NCBI GenBank assembly: GCA_045863235.1
Contig: BTUM01000001.1
Span: forward strand, 333,106-397,105
Source of the DNA: Candidatus Xenobia bacterium
GTDB taxonomy: Bacteria > Vulcanimicrobiota > Xenobia > Xenobiales > QWHO01
Length of the DNA: 64,000 nt
Direction: 5' to 3'
A program made the position numbers and the translations under genes. Shown piece after piece: positions 58,442 through 64,000 of this stretch. Within the stretch, counting starts at the first letter, position 1, and each line of letters starts with the position of its first letter. Under the pieces are notes generated by a model. It saw nothing but the letters and a program-made list of their open reading frames with translations, searched no databases and was not told the DNA's origin.

Positions 58442-60285
58442 TGCTTCAAGGTGACCATCAGCAATGACAGGTCGGAGGGCGTGATACCAGGTACCCGAGA
58501 GGCCTGGCCCAGAGTCGAGGGCCTCACGGCCTCGAGCTTCTCGCGCGCCTCGGCCGATAGACTGGCGATTCTCGCATAATCGAGGTCGAGCGGCAGGGCC
58601 CGAGCCTCCAGGCTCTGCATACGCTCGACCTCAGCCTGCTGTCGGCGCAGGTATCCCTGATAGCGCAGACTGATCTCGACTTGTTCCACGACCAGGGAAT
58701 CGAGCTCCGAAAGTCCCTGAAAACTGCGCAGGTGAGCCAGGGAGAAACCGGGACGAGCCACCAGTTCCTCCAGCTTCTGTCCGGCTTGGACCGACTGGCC
58801 CATCCACTCGGACAGCTCAGACGCCACCCTCCCGCTGACCCGCTCGCGCTGCAGGCGAGCAAGCTCAGACTCAATGGCGCTCTGCTTTGCCTGAAAAACC
58901 GACCAGCGATGCTGATCGACCAGCCCAACCCGGCGGCCCAGCGGAGTCAGGCGCTGGTCGGCATTGTCCTGCCGAAGCAGAAGTCGATACTCGGCCCGGG
59001 ACGTATGCATACGGTAAGGCTCCGTGGTGCCGCGGCACACCAGATCATCTACCAGCACACCCAGATAGCCCTGATCTCGACCGACGACGACAGGATCGCC
59101 GCCGCCAGCCCGCAGGGCCGCGTTGATCCCGGCCAGGATTCCCTGAGCTGCGGCCTCCTCATACCCCGACGTACCGTTTATCTGGCCAGCCAGGAACAGG
59201 CCCTTCCAAGCCCGGCATTCAAGGGTACGCAAAAGCTGGGTCGGAAGCACATAGTCGTATTCCACCGCATAACCCGGACGAATGATGACCGCCCGCTCCA
59301 ATCCTGGCAACGAGCGGACGATCTGGTGCTGAACGTCCAGCGGAAGGCTGGTTGAGACGCCCTGCAGGTAGACCTCAGGGACGTCGAATCCCTCCGGCTC
59401 AACCCAGACTTGATGAGTACCTCGCTCGGGAAAGCGAACCATCTTGTCCTCGATAGAGGGGCAGTAACGCGGTCCCGTGCCCTGGATCTGCCCCCCAAAG
59501 AGGGGCGAACGATCAAGATTGGCAAGAATGACCTCGCGTGTACGCGGGCTGGTGCGCGTCAAATAGCAGTCGAGTTGGCGAACCGGCAGTTGGCGAGGAG
59601 AAAGCTCGGAGAAGGTCAGCGGAACGGAGCTCGGCTCGATACGCTCCAGGGTCTCAAAGTCGATACTGTCGCGATGGACACGCGGGGTCGTGCCGGTCTT
59701 CAATCGACCCATCTGAAGCCCCATGGCCCTCAGGCCGGAGGCCAGCCCGAGTGCCGGGGGCTCGCCTGAGCGTCCCCCGGCAAACTGCACCAAGCCCATG
59801 TGAATCTGCCCGCCCAGAAAAGTGCCCGTTGTCAAAACGACGGCATCGCAACGGTACAAGCAACCCGAACTACCAACCAGACCAACCACTCTATCGCCGC
59901 GGGTCCGCAATTCCAAAACCAGGTCTTGATGGATGGTCACACGCTCCTGGCTACTCAAAACCTCATGCATGGCCTCGGAATAGGCTGGCCGATGGGCCTG
60001 GGCACGTAAAGCCTGAACGGCGGGTCCTTTGCCTGTGTTCAACATGCGAATGTGAAGGTGAGTGCGATCGATCACCCGGGCCATCTCACCCCCCAGGGCG
60101 TCCACCTCGCGCACGAGGTGGGCTTTGGCCGGTCCACCGATGGAAGGATTGCAGGGCATGCGGGCGACATGGGTCAGACTGCTCGTCAGCACAATAGTAT
60201 GCAGTCCCATACGGGCGCAGGCCAGAGCCGCCTCACAACCGGCGTGCCCTGCACCCACCACCACAACCTGGCAAGATCTCGTCAC
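58426..60285 (-). CDS. mnmG: tRNA modification enzyme MnmG (GidA)
   Basis: GAGHAGCEAA, CNPSIGG, RLKTGT, GPRYCPSIEDK, GQINGTSGYEEAAAQG; SD GGAGG before GTG 60285. Confidence 0.97.
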   Translation of the reverse strand: MTRSCQVVVVGAGHAGCEAALACARMGLHTIVLTSSLTHVARMPCNPSIGGPAKAHLVREVDALGGEMARVIDRTHLHIRMLNTGKGPAVQALRAQAHRPAYSEAMHEVLSSQERVTIHQDLVLELRTRGDRVVGLVGSSGCLYRCDAVVLTTGTFLGGQIHMGLVQFAGGRSGEPPALGLASGLRAMGLQMGRLKTGTTPRVHRDSIDFETLERIEPSSVPLTFSELSPRQLPVRQLDCYLTRTSPRTREVILANLDRSPLFGGQIQGTGPRYCPSIEDKMVRFPERGTHQVWVEPEGFDVPEVYLQGVSTSLPLDVQHQIVRSLPGLERAVIIRPGYAVEYDYVLPTQLLRTLECRAWKGLFLAGQINGTSGYEEAAAQGILAGINAALRAGGGDPVVVGRDQGYLGVLVDDLVCRGTTEPYRMHTSRAEYRLLLRQDNADQRLTPLGRRVGLVDQHRWSVFQAKQSAIESELARLQRERVSGRVASELSEWMGQSVQAGQKLEELVARPGFSLAHLRSFQGLSELDSLVVEQVEISLRYQGYLRRQQAEVERMQSLEARALPLDLDYARIASLSAEAREKLEAVRPSTLGQASRVPGITPSDLSLLMVTLKQCQTV

Positions 60286-60298
60286 CGAGGGAGCCTCC

Positions 60299-60314
60299 CG
60301 TTTCACGTGAAACA
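60299..60314. other. parS centromere-like site
   Basis: CGTTTCACGTGAAACA in the mnmE-mnmG gap. Confidence 0.9.
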
Positions 60315-60317
60315 AAT

Positions 60318-61667
60318 TCACTTTCCCAGACAGAATGTTGAAAAGATGCGCTCGAGTATCTCCTCGGTCACCTCCAGTCCGAGAATCTCGCCCAGGGCCT
60401 GCGAGGCGGCTCGGAGATCGAGGCAAAGAAACTCGGCCGAAAGCCCGGACCTTAAGGTCGCATCCACTGCTTCCAGCTGTGAGGATACCACATGAAGGGC
60501 AGCTCGTTGTCTTTCTGTCAAAAAGTACTCCACCTCCCGGCTCTGACCGACCCGTCCAGCAAGCTCGGAGAGTTCCTCCAACAGTTTCTCCAGATTCTTG
60601 CCTTCACGCGCACTGACCGACACGGCCGGAGCGCCGGCCCAGGCAACGACAGCCTCGACCGGCAGAGCAGCTTCGAGATCGCACTTGTTGAGAACGACCA
60701 GGTCAGGCTTCCAAACTTGCGGATCAAGTGGAGGGAGAGGGCATGAGCCATCCAGCACCAGGACGCGCACTTGAGCTTCATCGGCGGCAGCTCGGGTCAA
60801 CTCCACCCCCATCGATTCGACCGGATCTTCGGTTTCCCGAATTCCAGCCGTATCCACCATTCGGAAGGTTCGCCCCACCGCTCGCAAGGTTTCCTCGAGC
60901 CGATCCCGGGTGGTTCCCGGATGCGGGGAAACCAGCGCGCGCCTGGTGCCGAGCAGGGAGTTGAGCAGGGTCGACTTGCCGGCATTGGGTGGGCCGACCA
61001 GAGCAATCTGGACCCCCCGCTGACTGATGCGCCCCTCCTCGCCCCCCTCCAGGAGGCGGGCCACTCGTTGACGCAGGTCAAACAGACGGGCTTCACACTC
61101 TTCCAGGGGCATAGCCGCCACCTCGTCACCGAAATCGAGCTCGGCCTCCAACCGAGACAGCCAGTCCAGCAGATCCTGCCGCAACTGCTCCACCAGACGT
61201 GAGAACCTGCCTCCCAGATCGCTCACGTGACCCTGAAGGGCTGCACGGGACTCGGATGCGATCAGCTGAGCCACGCTCTCGGCCTGAGCCAGACTGAGCC
61301 GTCCGTTCAGAAAAGCCCTCAGGGTGAACTCACCCGGTCGGGCCAGGCGCGCGCCGACCGCGCAGCACAGATCGATGGCTTCTCGAACAACCAGAGGGCT
61401 CCCATGAAGGTGAAGCTCAACTACATCCTCACGGGTATAACTGTGCGGCGCACGCATCCACACAGCCATGGCTTCATCCAGGGGCTGGCCGACGCCATCC
61501 ACCAGCCATCCGGGGTAGAGTCGATGACCCGCCCATTGCGACACCTGGTGACGCGCCCGGAAAATCTGACTGAGGATGACTGGCGCCAGTGGACCACTCA
61601 GGCGCACGATGGCGATTCCCCCCTCGCCCGGGGGGGTCGCCTCAGCGACGATGGTATCCTGGGTCAG
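60318..61667 (-). CDS. mnmE: tRNA modification GTPase MnmE (TrmE); probable CTG start at 61667, alternative GTG 61700
   Basis: DTIVAEATPPG, GEFTLRAFLNG, GPPNAGKSTL, GTTRD, DTAG, NKCD, FCLGK. Confidence 0.96.
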   Translation of the reverse strand: MTQDTIVAEATPPGEGGIAIVRLSGPLAPVILSQIFRARHQVSQWAGHRLYPGWLVDGVGQPLDEAMAVWMRAPHSYTREDVVELHLHGSPLVVREAIDLCCAVGARLARPGEFTLRAFLNGRLSLAQAESVAQLIASESRAALQGHVSDLGGRFSRLVEQLRQDLLDWLSRLEAELDFGDEVAAMPLEECEARLFDLRQRVARLLEGGEEGRISQRGVQIALVGPPNAGKSTLLNSLLGTRRALVSPHPGTTRDRLEETLRAVGRTFRMVDTAGIRETEDPVESMGVELTRAAADEAQVRVLVLDGSCPLPPLDPQVWKPDLVVLNKCDLEAALPVEAVVAWAGAPAVSVSAREGKNLEKLLEELSELAGRVGQSREVEYFLTERQRAALHVVSSQLEAVDATLRSGLSAEFLCLDLRAASQALGEILGLEVTEEILERIFSTFCLGK

Positions 61668-62218
61668 AGTTCCTTGGAGCCGGGTGACACCACCACGCAC
61701 CTGTCCGGCTCTTCCCCTTCGGAGTAGGTGCGAATCCGGGGATGATCAGCCAGGGCCAGATGGATGACCCGACGGTCTCCAGCCGGCATGGGTGCCAGCA
61801 CCACCTTACGTCCCTCACGTTGAGCTCGCGCCGCAGAGCGCCGCGCAAGATCGCGCAGCTGTCGCTCGCGACGATCACGATAACCCTCGACATCCAAGAC
61901 TACTTTGTAATCGACAAGCTTCTTGCGAGCATTGATCACCCCCACCAGAAACTGCATGGCCTCCAGGGTACTGCCGTGGCGCCCGATCAAGGCGCCCAAC
62001 TCAGGACCCTCGATATGGTAGCGAACGTGATCCTCGCGCTCTTCATACTCGATATCGGCGTCAAAGCCCATGAGATCGAGGATGTCGTAGAGAAGGTCAG
62101 CAACGGGATCCTCTTCCTCATCTTCATAATCAGCCTCACGTGGCGCGGTGACACGTGTCGAGCTTCGGACAGGAGCCTCCGCTTCGTAATCCTCTTCCAC
62201 ATCAAATTCTTCAGGCAT
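61664..62218 (-). CDS. jag: Jag/KhpB/EloR RNA-binding protein (KH + R3H)
   Basis: LIGRHGSTL, DVEGYRDRR, PM..DRRVIH, SEGEEP.R. Confidence 0.92.
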   Translation of the reverse strand: MPEEFDVEEDYEAEAPVRSSTRVTAPREADYEDEEEDPVADLLYDILDLMGFDADIEYEEREDHVRYHIEGPELGALIGRHGSTLEAMQFLVGVINARKKLVDYKVVLDVEGYRDRRERQLRDLARRSAARAQREGRKVVLAPMPAGDRRVIHLALADHPRIRTYSEGEEPDRCVVVSPGSKEL

Positions 62219-62257
62219 TGATCAACCCTCCCTCTCGGATTAAGAACGTTTCATTTG

Positions 62258-62941
62258 TCAGGGATTCTGGTCGGGGACAGGCTTGTCCGACGCTCGCATG
62301 ATAAAAGCTTGTTGTGCCAGGGTCAGGAAGGTAAACACGCTCCAGTAGAGGAGCATGGCGCAGGGAAACTTGCCGACCCAGGCGACGTAGGTAATCATCC
62401 CTGTCATGAAAATTGCAAGCATTCCCTGATTGATGGGGCCTGAGCTCTGGGATGGCGTCAGCTTCTGGGACAAATACATGGTCAGAGCATAGAAGATGAG
62501 CATTGGCAGATCGCGCCCGGCCAGGCTACTGGCTACCAGCTCTGGAAAGAGATTCTGCAGGGGACCGGGGTGAATCCAGAGGAAGTAGGCTTTCTCGAAA
62601 ATTTCCGGCTGGTGGGTAATAGCGCCCCAAATACAGATGACCACTGGCATCTGCAACAGAACCGGAAGACAGCCACTGAGCGGGTTCACCTTGTGGCGCT
62701 TGTAGAGCGCCATCGTTTCGGTGTGAAGCTTCTCGGGGTCACCCTTGTAAAGCTTCTGTAGCTTCTCCATCTCCGGCTGGACCCGCTGCATGTCCTTCAT
62801 GGACTTGTAAGTCTTCTGAGTTAGCGGATAAAGCAGGATCTTGATCAGGATCGCAAAGGCGATGATGGCCAAACCCCAATCATCGGTCACCTGATAAAGT
62901 TGCTGTAAGACCCAGATCAGCCCTGATTCGAGCTCGCGCAC
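62258..62941 (-). CDS. yidC: Membrane protein insertase YidC (short type)
   Basis: WGLAII, LYPLT, NPLSGCLP.LLQMP, LLYW. Confidence 0.93.
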   Translation of the reverse strand: MRELESGLIWVLQQLYQVTDDWGLAIIAFAILIKILLYPLTQKTYKSMKDMQRVQPEMEKLQKLYKGDPEKLHTETMALYKRHKVNPLSGCLPVLLQMPVVICIWGAITHQPEIFEKAYFLWIHPGPLQNLFPELVASSLAGRDLPMLIFYALTMYLSQKLTPSQSSGPINQGMLAIFMTGMITYVAWVGKFPCAMLLYWSVFTFLTLAQQAFIMRASDKPVPDQNP

Positions 62942-62942
62942 G

Positions 62943-63128
62943 TCAGGTCACCGGATCCGAGCCGCCCGGGTGCCATGGATGGCAACGCAAGATACGTCGA
63001 AAACCCATCCAGCTACCGCGCACGACGCCATACTTGACGACGGCCTGGCGGGTATACTCCGAGCACGTCGGATGGAAGCGACACATTGCGGGCGTATAGC
63101 GAGAGACACTCTGATACATGCGAATCAA
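62943..63128 (-). CDS. yidD: Membrane protein insertion efficiency factor YidD (start uncertain; TTG overlapping the rnpA stop assumed)
   Basis: [24 protein letters not shown]. Confidence 0.9.
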   Translation of the reverse strand: MIRMYQSVSRYTPAMCRFHPTCSEYTRQAVVKYGVVRGSWMGFRRILRCHPWHPGGSDPVT

Positions 63129-63481
63129 GACTTCGGCAGTTCGGACGGGCCAGGTTCTTTCAGAATCTGAGCCTTGCGGACCAGTTGCAGAAACAGCTCC
63201 TCCAGTTGTCGGTAGGTCGCCGTCATCGCCAGGTTGCGGGCCAGAATCACCAGATCCCATCGCGCCGCAAGCTTCTCCTTACTCAAACGGTAAACCTCCC
63301 GCAACCGGCGGCGCAAACGGTTGCGCTGAACGGCTCCACCAAGCTTCTTGCTGACGCAGAACCCGACTCTTCCTGTGCCCCGCTGACGCCGATACACGAT
63401 GACCGAAAATTCTGGCCCGTTCCATGTACGTCCCTGGCGAAAGACCCGGTCAAAATCCCGAGCCTTCTTCAAGGTCTCCAA
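63125..63481 (-). CDS. rnpA: RNase P protein component
   Basis: [38 protein letters not shown] start 1 nt after the rpmH stop. Confidence 0.95.
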   Translation of the reverse strand: METLKKARDFDRVFRQGRTWNGPEFSVIVYRRQRGTGRVGFCVSKKLGGAVQRNRLRRRLREVYRLSKEKLAARWDLVILARNLAMTATYRQLEELFLQLVRKAQILKEPGPSELPKS

Positions 63482-63482
63482 G

Positions 63483-63617
63483 CTACAGCGACAGACGCTT
63501 GCGTCCCTTGCGGCGACGCGCTGACAGCACGCGGCGTCCACCCGAGCTGGCCATCCTCTTAAAAAAGCCGTGCTCTGTCTTGCGCGTCCGCTTCTTCGGC
63601 TGATAGGTGCGTTTCAT
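63483..63617 (-). CDS. rpmH: 50S ribosomal protein L34
   Basis: Hand-translated: [51 protein letters not shown]. Confidence 0.97.
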   Translation of the reverse strand: MKRTYQPKKRTRKTEHGFFKRMASSGGRRVLSARRRKGRKRLSL

Positions 63618-63664
63618 AGCTCCTCCAAAATGGATGAAAAGAAAAAAAGCCCGTAGGCCACGAG

Positions 63665-63693
63665 AGTATACGTCCGTCAGTCGCGGCTGTCAA
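63665..63693 (-). promoter_or_regulatory. Sigma70-type promoter of the rpmH operon
   Basis: TTGACA-17 nt-TATACT. Confidence 0.85.
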
Positions 63694-63699
63694 CTTGAG

Positions 63700-64000
63700 G
63701 CCACTTTTCCCCAGCTGTGGGAAAGTCTGTGGAAAAACACGAAAAGCCTACCAGGACGTAGATTCTTACCATCGGTCCAAGGCCACTTTCGTCCCACAGC
63801 ACGAAAGTTAAGGGTGGTTAACATCCGAAAGCGCGTTTGAGCCAAACCAACGCGGGCCCTATCGCGCCGCCTCCTCTAAAAGTTTTCCACAGACGGTGCA
63901 TAACTCTGTGGAAAATGTGGATGTGGTTTCGGTCATGTTTCGGTAGGAATCCCATTCTGGCCAACCGAAGCCCGCAAACTCTCGTGGAAATCCCGTCGTT
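63700..64000. other. DnaA-box cluster, probably part of oriC (rpmH-dnaA intergenic region)
   Basis: TTTTCCACA or its complement at 63728-63736, 63883-63891 and 63907-63915; near matches at 63705, 63716, 63895, 63983; upstream of rpmH. Confidence 0.8.

Overview
Origin-proximal 64 kb of a GC-rich bacterial chromosome. It is probably a diderm Terrabacteria-type organism (inferred from mlaEFD, a short YidC, Jag, parAB/parS and SMC); the taxon cannot be fixed from sequence alone. The right end holds the classic oriC-flanking block: a DnaA-box cluster, rpmH-rnpA-yidD-yidC-jag-mnmE-mnmG-rsmG, parA-parB with two parS sites, and dnaX-ybaB-recR. The rest is mostly housekeeping: a long atypical GlmS, ychF, amrS, smc, comEC, hemL plus a polyprenyl synthase, a reduced nuo operon, coaX, lysS, alr, rpsU, mlaEFD, RNase P RNA and a sugar ABC transporter. 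I see no CRISPR array, rRNA, tRNA, integrase or transposase. Most interesting: (1) a four-gene aminotransferase / SRPBCC / acyl-ACP-reductase-like / reductase-paralog operon that looks like a split fatty-amine pathway; (2) a soluble FlhB(C-terminal)-FlhA(C-terminal) fusion with no other T3SS or flagellar genes nearby; (3) three genes that appear to start at CTG; (4) an FHA-protein/Ser-Thr kinase pair and a hairpin-rich intergenic region inserted between rsmG and parA; (5) an SMC with altered Q-loop and signature motifs; (6) a perfect CRP-type palindrome ahead of the hemL-nuo operon. Family calls come from motif recognition by eye; no database searches were run.
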